Shown: positions 8,774 through 22,200 of the stretch, in pieces
Layout: each line of letters begins with the position of its first letter
Position numbering within the stretch: the stretch's first letter is position 1
Virus record (IMG/VR): IMGVR_UViG_3300030333_007526
Location: 1-59,112 of that record
Direction: 5' to 3' (one strand)
Length of the DNA: 59,112 bases
Source: a virus
Taxonomy: Duplodnaviria; Caudoviricetes
Position numbers and translations under genes: made by a program
Notes under the pieces: generated by a model
Database searches by the model: none
The model's input: only the letters and a program-made list of their open reading frames with translations
Told to the model about the DNA's origin: nothing

Positions 8774-11746
8774 TTAGAATCCATACCTAAATAATCTAAG
8801 AGCGTTAAGATCATGAGGTTCGCCGATTTCGCTAGTAGCCTCGCTACTTTCTGCCTCGTCTTCAATATCAGAATCCTTATCTAAAATAGCACTATAAGCT
8901 ATAAATGCCATTGTTGTATTTGCAGCGTAAACATCTTTAAATGCCGATGTGTAAGTTGGAAAATGATTATAATCGCCCGCACTGGTTGTTGTAGCGCCGG
9001 CGGTTTCTAATAAACCATTTATAGTATCTGCATAATCTTTAGCGTTGTCTTTGATTTCTCCAATGTATTTTTTAATATCTCTGATGATATCTGCTTTCTC
9101 CAGTTTATTGCCTAGACCAAGATCATCATATTCTTGAATTTTTTCATCAACATATTCTTTTAAGTTTGTATTATACAATGTCATGGTAGTTTCGTAAAGA
9201 TTTGTATAATATTCTAATTCTTCTTCTGCGGCTGCAGCGGCTAGCCCTGGGGCTAAATCTTCTCCATAATCTTCATATGATTCACCCATATCAATAATTG
9301 GCGGCAAGTCTCTAAATTCATTATAATATGATAAATCAAATTCACCAGATTCTGCAGCTGTAATTTGCTGGCCGATTGTTCCGTCAACATCTAAGAAATT
9401 TGTGTAAAGAGACAACATAGAATTGTAAAATGATTCAATTTGATCCATTGTGCCTTCTTCAGGAGTTATTTGTTTTTCCAGACTGGCAGTTTCATTATTA
9501 AGCCTATCTAAGTCACCGTCGAAAAAATTATATAGTATTTCTTGAAACATATTATACACATATGGGGCGCGGCGATACGGAAAATTAGTCGAGTCATTTT
9601 CATAAAATGTATTTATCGAATTAATAAAAAATTGATTGAAATAACCTTTAATATTATTATAAGAACAAAATTCATTTGCTAAATTGTAATATTCTTCAAA
9701 CTTTGTTAACTCTTCATAATACAAATCTCTTAAACCATATAAAACTTCAAGACTTTTATCTTCGCATGTAAGATAAAAAGTGTAATGCTCAAGACTTTGA
9801 TCAATAGCATCGGACTCATCGGCTAACAAAATATCATAATAATCTTGAAATTCAAAACACGCTAAACGATAGCCGCTGCGGGTTTCTGTGGTCGCTTCAA
9901 AATTTCTTAGCAAGCAATACGTATTATCCGGCACCCCATCAACTCCAACATCAATTTCATAATATACCGGAGATCCTTGAAGGCTTGTGGACACTGTTGC
10001 AATAGGAACAATTTCCATAGGGGATGCCGCAACTATATAATCTGTTGTTCGATCTTCATCTTCTATGCCCTCTGATTCTGCTTCAGCTTCTGAATATTGA
10101 TCTGCATATCTGGTTAATATGTAGAATTGAGCATCTTCATCGTAAAATCTTGTCAAGTAATGACTATCAATTTTAATTGCTTTGCTAGTAATTTCTTGAC
10201 CAAAAAAAAGCTCTAACTTGTCTATATCAATTATTGACGATAATGCTGTATCATTTCTAATTATTTTTTCAATATCAGCAAAAATATATCCGGTTGTAAA
10301 TAAAGTATCTGAAGCTTCCCATATGGTTGTATGGTCCATCCCATAATATTCCTTGTGATAAGCATATCTTGTTATAGGCGGATCATCATATATTCTATTG
10401 CTGGCTGTTTCGCCTGCGGTTGCATCTGCCGTGTTTGGAACCGGTTCGGGAAATTCATATGATGTATCATCTTCAACTATTCTTGAGTCAATTAGTTTTG
10501 AATTGAAAAGAAGTGTTTTTTCTAATTGAGGATTTTGGCCATAATTTATAATTTCATTTTGCACTAAAGCATTTAAAGTATCATAAAATATTCCAATTTG
10601 TGTATCAGTTCCTTTTTCCGGATAAACTAATAAAAAATTATTTAGTTCAACTAATAACGTAGGCTCACTAATTTCTGAAACCACTAAACCTTCAAGACTA
10701 TCTAAAATTTCATTAAATTCGTCAGACTGGCTAGTTGAACGCTGAGATTCAATTAAATCTAAAAATTGCCCATATGTTATAGATCTCTCGTCGTAAGAAG
10801 CTGCATGATACGTGCCAATAATTGTTTGCATCCCGGTGCCTTCGTAAATATCACCACTTGGATATTTCCATTTAGTAAGGGGCCCTGTTGCTAATTGACC
10901 ATTATTTTCAAATATTAATTCATAAGCTATTTGTGAAAAAAACATATCTCCATAAATATCATTTTGTATAACTGCCGAATTTAATTCAATTTCAGAATCT
11001 AAATCTAATATTGACGAAAAACTAAATAAATATAAATTAGAAAAATCTTCATTACCGATACCTGACAAAAATTGATAAAGCGTATTAAAGGTAAAATCTG
11101 AATATACCAATTCAAGCGGTAAATTAATTGTTGTTGTATATTTATAAGTTGGAGATTCGTAAGCGTCTTCTAAATATTCTGAGTATGCAACACCAGACTC
11201 GTCAACTTCAAAAAAATCAGAAAAATTAAACATAACATAATTTGTATTTAAATAAACGCCTTGACGAGTAGTTTCTGTAATTGTTGTTCCTTCTTGCATA
11301 GTGTGCACATAATAATTGGCCTCAACAACTTCAAGAGTTGATGTGCTTTCATCTATGCTTTCTTCATCGGAAACAGTTTCTGTTGTTATATCGGTTGAGC
11401 CAACAAACAATGCGTCATCTAAACCAATCGTACCATAGCCAGGAATAAACCAATTTTTATATTTTTTCATATGCTGTTGAACGCTTGCTTGGCCGCTTAT
11501 AATACTATTTGATTTTGAATTGTCAAAAATTATTGCAGCGTATCCAAAATAAGATGAAATTTGTTCAATATAATCAGTTGGTTCAACTCCATCATCTGCG
11601 CTTAAATATATTGATACGTCTATACTTAAGCCATCTTGCGTGGTGGCTGGAGACACTATGCCATTGACATCGCTCCTAATGTAAACTTTATCAATAAATA
11701 CACCGGGCATATTAGTCTGTATTATAGGTGGGTTTAATCCTGGCAT
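8774..11746 (-). CDS. Large, highly acidic hypothetical virion protein
   Basis: 990 aa ORF overlapping the upstream stop; D/E/Y-rich with a helical C-terminus; no family recognised. Confidence 0.6.
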   Translation of the reverse strand: MPGLNPPIIQTNMPGVFIDKVYIRSDVNGIVSPATTQDGLSIDVSIYLSADDGVEPTDYIEQISSYFGYAAIIFDNSKSNSIISGQASVQQHMKKYKNWFIPGYGTIGLDDALFVGSTDITTETVSDEESIDESTSTLEVVEANYYVHTMQEGTTITETTRQGVYLNTNYVMFNFSDFFEVDESGVAYSEYLEDAYESPTYKYTTTINLPLELVYSDFTFNTLYQFLSGIGNEDFSNLYLFSFSSILDLDSEIELNSAVIQNDIYGDMFFSQIAYELIFENNGQLATGPLTKWKYPSGDIYEGTGMQTIIGTYHAASYDERSITYGQFLDLIESQRSTSQSDEFNEILDSLEGLVVSEISEPTLLVELNNFLLVYPEKGTDTQIGIFYDTLNALVQNEIINYGQNPQLEKTLLFNSKLIDSRIVEDDTSYEFPEPVPNTADATAGETASNRIYDDPPITRYAYHKEYYGMDHTTIWEASDTLFTTGYIFADIEKIIRNDTALSSIIDIDKLELFFGQEITSKAIKIDSHYLTRFYDEDAQFYILTRYADQYSEAEAESEGIEDEDRTTDYIVAASPMEIVPIATVSTSLQGSPVYYEIDVGVDGVPDNTYCLLRNFEATTETRSGYRLACFEFQDYYDILLADESDAIDQSLEHYTFYLTCEDKSLEVLYGLRDLYYEELTKFEEYYNLANEFCSYNNIKGYFNQFFINSINTFYENDSTNFPYRRAPYVYNMFQEILYNFFDGDLDRLNNETASLEKQITPEEGTMDQIESFYNSMLSLYTNFLDVDGTIGQQITAAESGEFDLSYYNEFRDLPPIIDMGESYEDYGEDLAPGLAAAAAEEELEYYTNLYETTMTLYNTNLKEYVDEKIQEYDDLGLGNKLEKADIIRDIKKYIGEIKDNAKDYADTINGLLETAGATTTSAGDYNHFPTYTSAFKDVYAANTTMAFIAYSAILDKDSDIEDEAESSEATSEIGEPHDLNALRLFRYGF

Positions 11747-13215
11747 ATTTCTGGCTCCGTAACATATCCATAAATATCAAAATACCTAGGCCCATCAGAT
11801 GATTCAAGATCATAAGCAAAATCTTCACAATTGTGATCAAGATTTATAAAATATGATTTTCTAGCGTATGTTTCTTGGCCGCGGCATACTAGTTGTTTAG
11901 AAACTCTTTCATCTACTAAAAAGTCAAAGTAGTATTCAGAGCTACCGGTTGTCATCAAGCTATCCGGACTATGGACCGGTGTTGGCGTTGTCATAAATCC
12001 GTCCACAACTTGATTTATTTCTTGTTTAAAATATTTTCTATTTAGTTGCTCTTTTGCATCTTTTCCGCCAGTAAAAAATCCACCCGATGTAATTATTTTT
12101 TCTTCGTCTGAAGAAGTTACTTTTGCTGTTCCAGGAGATGGCCCGCCCATTGTATTAGTGACGATGCCTGTTCCGTTGGTATTGGTTATAATCACCTTGT
12201 GCATTTCTGTAGACACAGAAACATTAAGGCTGCCGCCTCCAGAAATATAATTTTCAATTGCTGCTTTTGCCCTTAAGGCCATGGCGAAAGTTTCAAGAAC
12301 TCCATCATAACTTGCATCAATCTTTGTATTGGTATCGACAGTGCCGGTGGTCCATGTAAAAGTAACTGAGTTAGTGCCATCATTAATTGTAAAAGTTTCT
12401 CCATTTAATTCAGCATCTGCAGCTTGAAAGCCTATTTCAGCAACCCCATTTGTTGATTCTTCAATAATTCTTTCAAAAAATTCAATATCAAAATTTTCCA
12501 TTAAAAGTTGAGTATTTGTCTCCTCAATATAAACAACGGCGTCTTGTGGTATTATTTTAATAATTTTGTTATCACTAAACTGGCCACTTTCTAAAGCGAA
12601 CGCATCTGTTAAATCTAAGTTGTAGCGCTCGTTAACTCCAAATGACGGAGACAAGTCAGCAGTAACTTTTTTGTAATTTAAATTCATATTAATTTGTGGA
12701 ATTTTTGAAAATTTAGAATATTCATTAGACTCCGAAGAAGATGAAATAAACCCATTTAATGCAATAACCTTCCATGCTGGCGCTGTTTGTTTGCTATTGG
12801 TCAGTATAACATCGCCGATTGCATTATCAAATCTGTAAATATCTGTTGCAGGTTTATTTTGTTTAGGGCTTTCATCAGATGAATATGCTGCCGACTCTTC
12901 TCCGTCAATAGTAGTATCAAGCTGTCCTATTTCATTTTCAATTTCAGAAAAGAGTACTAAACTTTCAAGATATTGTGTTTCGTTTTTTATTCTATGAAAT
13001 ATTTCATTTTGATTTTCGTGAAATTGTAAATTTAAATCAGATTTTTCTGGTGCATTTGAGCCTGTGTAAATTGCATAACGACCATCATAAAGAATGTTAT
13101 CGTCAAAAAATTCGTAGCAATAAGGTTTAAATTTTCCAATTGATAAAAGATACCTACCATAAGTTGTTAACTTTAAATCATATACTTGTTCTTTTTTGTT
13201 TAAAAATTTTGCCAT
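11734..13215 (-). CDS. Virion structural protein, N-terminus paralogous to 3653..4648
   Basis: MAKFLNKKEQVYDLKLTTYGRYLLSIGKFKPYCYEFFDDNILYD aligns with FLD...D.VLT..GR..L..G.FK...F..GDD.I.Y; contains a T/G-rich beta insert. Confidence 0.6.
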   Translation of the reverse strand: MAKFLNKKEQVYDLKLTTYGRYLLSIGKFKPYCYEFFDDNILYDGRYAIYTGSNAPEKSDLNLQFHENQNEIFHRIKNETQYLESLVLFSEIENEIGQLDTTIDGEESAAYSSDESPKQNKPATDIYRFDNAIGDVILTNSKQTAPAWKVIALNGFISSSSESNEYSKFSKIPQINMNLNYKKVTADLSPSFGVNERYNLDLTDAFALESGQFSDNKIIKIIPQDAVVYIEETNTQLLMENFDIEFFERIIEESTNGVAEIGFQAADAELNGETFTINDGTNSVTFTWTTGTVDTNTKIDASYDGVLETFAMALRAKAAIENYISGGGSLNVSVSTEMHKVIITNTNGTGIVTNTMGGPSPGTAKVTSSDEEKIITSGGFFTGGKDAKEQLNRKYFKQEINQVVDGFMTTPTPVHSPDSLMTTGSSEYYFDFLVDERVSKQLVCRGQETYARKSYFINLDHNCEDFAYDLESSDGPRYFDIYGYVTEPEICQD

Positions 13216-16200
13216 TAGTATCCACCCATTCCGCCGCCGCCGCGACCACCGGTGCCAGAACCATTGTTGCCATTTCTTCGATTACGAGAGCGGCCATTTC
13301 TACTTGTTCTATTAGTATTGGCACTTCTGTTTCGTGATGTTCTTCTTCTTGTTGTTTGCCCATTAGAAACATTATCAGTTGTATTTTCAGTATTTGTTCT
13401 TGGGGGACTCATATTGGAGACCTCTGGTATTTCATTACTCACACTTGTTGTTTCAGTTCTAGAAAACAAGACTTGTGCATCCATTTTAATTAGCTCAACA
13501 AAGGATAAATAATCATAAGGCCAGTTGAATCCAACTTTATAACCTGTGGTTTCGTCATCAAAACTAAATATATCAGTTGAAGCTTGGCCAACTTGCGGAG
13601 TTACATGATTATAGTAGTGTCCTTGTGATTTTTGTTTTACTTTAAAAACCATCCATCTCAAATTTTCGTTATCTAAAATGTTTGATTCAGATAATAATTC
13701 GGTATCCATCAGCTCATGAGCAACTGATTGATATTGAAAACTAATTTTTTTAGAATCTCTCGGAGATAAATTTTGCCAAATATATGATAAATCGTCTTTA
13801 TCAAACTTATATTCAAACTCAAACATGTACATTACTATTGGCTCAACTAGTGAATTGTTTAAAAAATCAAATTGAGGGGGTAAAACATATTTGTCCATTT
13901 TTTGTATAAGTTTTCTAATTGATTCGCCAGCTGCATCTAATGAGTCTCCTGTTAAAGTTCCTTTTGCAGATGCTAATGCAGCTTTATATCTTAACGTAGG
14001 AATATTAATAAAAGATTTTCTTGTTGAATTAAATGCCCCAGCAGCCTCTGAAGTGCCTTTAACGCTATCAACAATATAAGGCACGGCAACTACTGCTTCT
14101 GATATTGTTCTTGATTCTGATATTTCTCCCAACCTTTTAGATGTTGATGTATCGAATCCGGCTAAATCAGTTAGTGATGCCATTTTTTTATAAACACTTG
14201 TTCCGGTGTCTGCATCCATATTATTATAAATTGTATCGTTTACTATAACATCGTAGTGATTTTTTAACCAATCAGTTGGAATATCGCCAATTTCTAAAAA
14301 GATACCTTTATCGGGTGATTCTGGAACGACGCCGAATTGATGCCACATGCCTCTTGGAACTGATCCGGATGCATATGTGGGCAGTGTTAAATTGCCATCA
14401 GCATTTGTTATAGGGTGAATGCCTTTATCGTTAAAGTTTAACATAGGCGTTTCCCACTTGGGCTGAATAACCCATTTTTTACCCGCAGTTATATTGGTAG
14501 TTTTTAATTTGTTTCCAAACGTATCTGATTCTTGTTGTAAAACTCTTTCGACTCCAAATAAGTTAATACTAGCACTAATTTGCATTGCATTTAAATTAAC
14601 ATTGTGTCCTGAATATATAAAGTTTGTAGACTGTGTAAAGTCAGAATCTTCAAATGAAGATATTAAACAGGGCTTATTGCTAACAACATGTCCAGGGTCG
14701 GCGCGCCAATACGCAGAGCTAACCTCAGATAATATTTGTTCTAAATCATATGACTTATTTGGATCAGGTCTGAAGATTAAATCACACCACGCTTCGCCAT
14801 TTGTATAAGGCGGAGTGAAAGACCAGTTGTAGCCATTAAAGCTGTCCATTGGAAATGTTTTGATAACTGCTGCGGCTATTGATCCTGTGCCATCTGGCTG
14901 GCCTGCTACGGGCGGCCCGAAAGCAGTTGGTCTGGAATACATTGTAAATGATTCTTTAAACAATAAGCCTTGTTTTGGATCTTGTGGCAATGGGAATGTA
15001 GATTTGCCAAAACCAGTGCCGTCGTGAACTAAGGCGCCTGCCATACCATACGCAACATTGTTTCCTGCAGAACCTGAATCTCCTCTATAATCGCGCGATC
15101 CTGAGACAGATCTTCTTAATTTGATTCTTGCTCCATAAACACTGCCAGATGTAAATCTTAAATCATTAGTTACAACTCCAGATTTCAATGATGTGTATGA
15201 GTCATCTTTAAGAAAGAACGAACCAACTTCTCCAAAAAAGTTACTAGCCATCATAGAATAAATTTCGTCTGATGCTGCTCCCATTGATGCTGTCGCATTA
15301 AATGAAGCTGAAGGGTGGGGCTCTACATCAAGTATTTGCACGCCAGCTATATATTTTTCTGGTGCTAAAATGGCCTCAAATGGAACTCGCTGATCCCAAA
15401 ATTCGCCACCACGATAACCATATTTTGTACTGGCGGGCGGTTCTTTAGGAGTGATTGCCCAGTTGTGTGTTGCCGCGCCGTCTGTACTGCCATAGTAAGA
15501 AGCACTTAACTTTGTACTATCAGTTAGAATTGGGTAATCCACTGCAAGGCCAGATTTTATTGAATTAAACAAAATACCGGGCGAATACAATGGCTGCATT
15601 AATGGACGTAACAATCCGCCGCGATTTTGAATTAAATCAAAGCCATTGTATTTTTTAGTTGCGGCAGAATTTGGCTGGATTGAGGCATCAAAACCAGCAC
15701 CATACGATCGAGAAAATTGTGAAACTAAATCCAATGTTCTTTGCGCTGGATAAAAACCTTTATATGGATTAAATCTGATCGCTGCACTACAAACTAATCT
15801 TATTTCAGTAGCGTCTAACAAAGATTCACTTTTAATGTTTAAAAAGTCATTTAAAAATTCTGAATTAGAATAATCTGTGTAGAATGAACTTGTCGAACTA
15901 TTAATATTGGTGCCTGGAATTTCAAATGTGTCTGTTTTATCTGTAGATGAAATTCCATACCTAACATAATCTTCTACATGTTCACTAATTCTATATTCTG
16001 GTACAATAGAAAAATCTCTTGCCATTAGCAATAAATCTTCTTTATAATCATCGTATTTTGAAAACCACGGATTAGAAGCCGTCGCATGAAAAGTTGTGGC
16101 GCCATCAGTAATTGTCACTATTCCTGCTTGCGTTCCTGCCTCCCAAAGCGCCTCGCCTCCAAAAGGATCAATTTGAATTCCAACATTAAATGGCTCTAAG

Positions 16201-19200
16201 CCTTTTTCTATGCTTCCAGTTTCAGCAATATATGGACCTGTCGGAGATGCAACTGAACGAGGTGATGTGATAATATGCTTTCTAGAATATAATGCGCCTG
16301 GGGATAATGTAGCCTCACTATTTGGATCGTTTTGTGCAACGCCCGAATGTACAAGAAAATAATTGTTTTGTAATTCGCCTGCTGATCCTTCTCTAATATT
16401 AGCTAATTCATCGCCGCCTGTGCCTACGTTAGGCACGCCTGAGCGCGTTAAAAAATTTATTTGAGCATCTAATGGCCAACTACTTTGTGATACAGGCACA
16501 ACGCTAACACCAAACGAATTTAATACTGAATTTCCAACAGCAACTCGATCAACCGCGTCATCTCTCCAAAATTTGTTATCGTACCCTATTCTTTCACGCG
16601 AAGATGAAACAAATTCATTTCTTTTAGATGGAAAAATGTTTTCACAATACATTACCCAATTAACCCTGTAGTTGCCGGCGTTTGTTAGCTCCAAAACTTG
16701 GTTTAAAGGTGTTACAGTTTGTAAATTTGGAAGACCTTGTAAATCATTAAATTCAACATCATTAAAATATATTTTTTCATTATTGTGAGTAATTTTTAAT
16801 GTTACATCTCCGTCATTAGAACTAAAATTAAGTAAAGCTGGTCTGCCTCTCATAGAAACAGGGGGCACATTATAAATGCTTATGGCGTTAGTTGATATGT
16901 CGGCCCTTGAGACTACGCCGCTAAGATGTTCATTTCTTAAAATTGGATGATCTTGCATCCTTAATCTTTGCCAATTCCATCCATAATTGCCATTGCGCTT
17001 CGTCATTAAAACATTAAAATAATCTGCTGATGTTGTTAAGAAATTTTCAATTTGAAGTTTATCTACAATTGTTTTATTAAAATATTCATCATTATCAATT
17101 GTTGTCGGAAAACCTAGTGTATTAACATCTCCCGAAGCTGTCAATGAGTCGAAAGCTAAAATATTTATTCTTGACGTTGGCTGATATAAACCTTGTATCA
17201 ATTGAGGCACCACAGAGCTTGCACTGACATAATCAAAATAAGCTACGTACCCGTCAGCCGAACTAGAATGTAAGCCTGCTTGCTCCCCATGCACCGGCAT
17301 GTAAGCGTAAAATCTTTCGCCATCCATTACAACTGATGATGTAAACCAAGAGTATTGTAAATCTGATCTAGGAATTGCATGCTGAACATAGAAGTTGTCA
17401 AACTTAGATGCCGTGGCTGTTGTTATGGTTTTTGGACTATAGGTGTCAGCTGTTTCATTTGTTATTTTCAATGTTGTAAGTTTGTTTCTGTTGATCTTGT
17501 GAAACGATGGCGCTTGATCATATTGAGCGCCTGGCAAATTAGCAGATGAGGTTACAATATGTGAGTCGCGACCAAATCTTGCACTATGTCTTGACAGATG
17601 TGATCTAAGGCCGAAATCTCTACCATGTATATCTTGTACGATTATACCAGCAGAACCCGAACCAATTTCGACAGAAAGCGATCCGGTTGATCCTTGCGAA
17701 GGCTTGATCACTGTTAAGTTTCTGTTTAACAATGAATTGTATACTGAAAATTCTGAAGATCTAAAATCAAGATAGCCGCGGCCCATAACTTCTATGCCGC
17801 CAGGAGCAGCAAATCTGGATACTATAACAGATTTGTTTTCAGTGCCTGTTAGGTAGCCAGCGTTATATTCGTCAATAAATTTAAAATGACTTCCAGAATT
17901 TCTACGTATATCTAAAAACGTTCGCACATTGGTTGTACTTCCAGAATGCGCTAAATAAATAGCATCGGGCAATGTAGGCTGTTCTTCTATAAAAGCTCTT
18001 GGATTGTTGATTGCACCAACGGTACTTACAATTTCATAATTTTTTTGATAATTTCCTAATATAGTTGACCCTGTTCTCATGTGAATATTGCGTATATTAA
18101 CAGGACGCTTAGCTACAAAATCCCTGTAGAGCCATGCTTTTTGTGAAGCAGTCAACGGATATGGCAGAACGCCAATTTCGTTTGCTTCTGGCCAAGGATA
18201 GTCTGGCGAGACCATACCAATTGCACCGGTTAAGCCATGATTTTCATTGTAACCAACACATGTTCCAAACAGAAGTTTCCATGCCTCTGCTCTATTGTAC
18301 CATGCATCAGATCCCGTATTGATTGCGATATGTCTCGATTGGTGTCCTCCAACAGCGTAATTTGTAAATGGGCCCTGCATTGGTACTTCAAACGAATCTC
18401 CATATGTATCGTGATGAAGGTTAACAATCTCAATTCCGCCAGTAACGCTATCAACTATAACTTTATTATACCCACTTACAACAGAAGAACTTATAATGTT
18501 AAAAGGAAATGCAAATGATGATTTTACATTACTATATCCTGTTCCATCATGTTCAAAGTTTCTACCATGAAGAGTACTAAGATATCTTTTTGTAAGCATT
18601 CTAGGTGTTTTATCAGCCCTCCATTGATGTGTTTCGTGAAGATCAACGAAGTGATTTGCAAATCCTAAAATTACATTTTGTGGAATAAAAGTTTGGCCAT
18701 CATTTTCAACTGGGCCGGCTGGTCTAATTGCGTTATAAGTAAAATCAATATTTTTATTATCTGTAAAGTTAACACCGCCTTTAATAAAGGCATCTTTATT
18801 CATTGGGTTTCCAAACTCAATGTTATATAACTTTCCAAAGCTTCCGCTTGAGAAACCACCAGCACTATATGAAGTTCCATCAGAAGTAAATGAAAGCGGA
18901 GAACTTTGACTTAAAGCAGGGGATGAATAAATAATTCTTCTAAAAGTATTTCTTTGTGCATCAATATTCGAATTAACACTAGGAGAGTTTGTAGAACGGC
19001 TTGACGATATTTCAATTGAAGATCTATCAGCTCTTTCATCCCAATATAATCTATTTTCATTTGTTGGTCGAGGCGAGGCTGGTATTGTAGATGAGCCCTC
19101 AGCCCAAGAATATTGGTTTTCTCGGGCGCCCTTCATTGCTACATCTGGATCTGTTTCTTTAAATTCTATGGTTGGAAATTTAAATTGATACTTGTTTCTT

Positions 19201-22200
19201 TCCAATACATGACTTTCAACGACATTTAACATGTCTGGTTCAAAATCTGATGATGCCGGCATTAATTGTGATATAATTGTAGCCAACGAATCGTCAAACC
19301 ACTTATAGTAATCAACAAACTTTTCAACTTGCGTAGTTTTAACTGCTTTTCTAAAAAAAGATTGTCTTAATTTTTCTAAAGCTTTATAATTTTGCCTATA
19401 TCTATTAACAGGTTCTCCGATAATATTATTAAAATCAACCACACCTGCGAAAAACTTAAGCATTTCTTCTGAAATTGCATTGTACATGCTTTTTTCAATA
19501 GTAAAATAATACTTTCCTACATTTGGCTCTCTACCAAAAGTAATATCATCGCCAGATAAAATATTGATCATGTCTGATGATAAAGCTTTTTCAGGATCAA
19601 TAAATTTAAAATAGTTAATTGCTTTTTTATTTATTACATCAGTGGAGGATTCCGCAAAACCAAACCCATATCCAGTATGTTGATTTCCTGCTAAATTGCC
19701 AGCCCAGCCATAGTTATTTCTAATTTCAGCAGAGCCAGAGCTGGTGTCGGTAATAAAAAAGTTACCATTACTATCAGAACCAGTAATATTTTCAAAATTC
19801 CAATTTAATACTAACGAATTTGAATTTAATATATCGTGACCAAAACTATTCAAATCGCGAGGAGATGTATTAAGATACGAACCAGAAACTCCTAAACTAT
19901 CAATATCATTAGCGTGCTGTTGCAAGTTTCCATCTTCAATATATCTTGTCCAATATTTTACTGAGTTAATATTGACATCACAAAGATTTAATATAGACCC
20001 TGTTATATTGGTTCTTCGGGATCCTGCATATACTCTTTTAGAAGCATTTAAAAAATTTGTTGCAACTGAGTGGTTTATTGATGCTGTTAGTTTAAAGCTA
20101 TTTAATGGATATCCATTTTCATTATTATAACCACTAAAAATTAAATCATAATTATTATGTCCAGATTTAAAAGATTCAACCGATCCACTAACAACGCCCG
20201 CTACACCAAATGAACTGCTTAAACTGGGCGCCAGACGAACTGACAAGCTCCATCGACTATTGTTATATACGCCAAGATATGTGCTACTGGTGAGCACTGG
20301 AAACGGGACTTTTCCATTTAAACCTTCATTGGACGATGACAACATAAATCTAACATTTTTTGAATATATTCCATCGCGCACTGCAAAAACTTGAAAGTTA
20401 GCTACATCTGGTCCTGATTCATTATCACCACCCGAGTCCTCAGCTAAACTTGTAATCCATGTTGTCTCTGCTCCTGACTTAATTGCTGTGCTTCCGGTCG
20501 CAACCGTATACATACCGAACAACGATCCAGTTATAAATCTTCGCTCTACTTTATCTAAAGATCTATAAAAAGATGGAAAAATTACATCTGTTTCCATCGT
20601 AAATCCATAAGGATCTTCTAAGCCTCTATTGCTTCCGGCGCCGGGCCCACCAACAGGAGCATTGAGAGCGCTGTAGCCAGCGCCATGGGAGCCAGAAATA
20701 AATCCCGATGTATCTCCAGAAATTACGTCGGATGGGGGTGGTTCAAATGCAGACCCGGTATATTGTTTTTGATAAATTACAGCGCTTAAATTATCGTTTT
20801 CATTAAAATTAATTACATTTTTGTTTATCAATGTTTGCTGTAAATTATTTTTTAATAAATATTCATTTCCGTCTGAATACGTATTAAGACGCATTAGTGA
20901 TTCATCGAGATTAAAACACCTGAAAACATTTCGAATAGATTTTTCTGTTCCCTTACTTTTGAAAATATTAGTTAAGTTATTGTATAAATTTTCATAAATT
21001 AAATTTTTTGTTTCTGTTAAATCAAATTGATAAGAACCAGTTAATGTTTTATTTAAAAACTTTTCTGTAATTGATGCATCGACAAATATTTCTGGAAGAT
21101 TTAATCCTAGTGATTGTGGCAAATGTCTGGCCATTGGATATGGCGTGTATGACGCGCTAGTGTATGTTGCATGTCTTAGTTTAGGAATTTCTTGAATTTG
21201 TAGATATAGTTTATCAAAGTATGTACCGACTATATGTGTCATATACCTTAGATCACTTTGAAATTCTTTTCCTTGATTTTCATCTTCTTCTATCATCCAG
21301 GCTGGCAACAGGCTAAGAAAAGAAGAATTATTTTGTCTGTCGTGATATGAGCCGCTATCCAACAACGCTGTTTTTAAAGCAGAAACATCCGGATGATCAG
21401 CATAAATAATAGGATCTTTGTACTCACTCGTATAATTTGAGCCACTGGCCAGAACGATTGCGGATCCTGTTGCTCTTGAGTTAGAACCATACCCAGTCCA
21501 TATACCATTACTTACGCGGCCACTATAGTCTAAAACAACACTATCTGTCGATGATACGCCAGTTATACCCTCATTAAATTTATAATAAATACCTAAAGTC
21601 GTATTAGAAATATCTGTATTGGATCCGCCTCTTACTTGGTCATACCAATTCATTCCAATTTCTTTAGCTGTTCTTGCTGTTTTCCAAAATCTAAACTCGT
21701 CCATAGATCCGGAAAGCTTACCTGCCCCAGCTAGTGAGCCAGTTGCAGTTGTTTCAGATGGCGCTGTCAAAAGCGCTCCGAGTCGACCCATCATATTTTT
21801 AGTCGGCAGTGTTCCAATCGTGCCAGTATGGTTGAGAATATCATCATATTCTCCATCCACATAGAACTTAATAGCATGGCCACTGCCTGTGTTTTGTAAA
21901 ACAAAAGCGTAATGATGCCAATTAGCTAAAGTATTAACGTTAACATTAGTACCGATAGTTTGTTGAAAGATACCCGGATTAGCATTACCAGATTGAACGG
22001 TTACCATAAATGGAGATGTGCTAGATGTTCCAAGAAGCTCAATAGTTATTCTTCCGTAATCATGATCAGTTTCAGCATTGTTATTCCATAAATCAAAAAC
22101 CACTTGTTTTTCAGTTTCATCGTTCAAGCTAGCAAGAGGCATGGCTGAACCTGTTTTTAGCCAAAATTCAATCGTAACGCCATTATCAAAATCAGATTTT

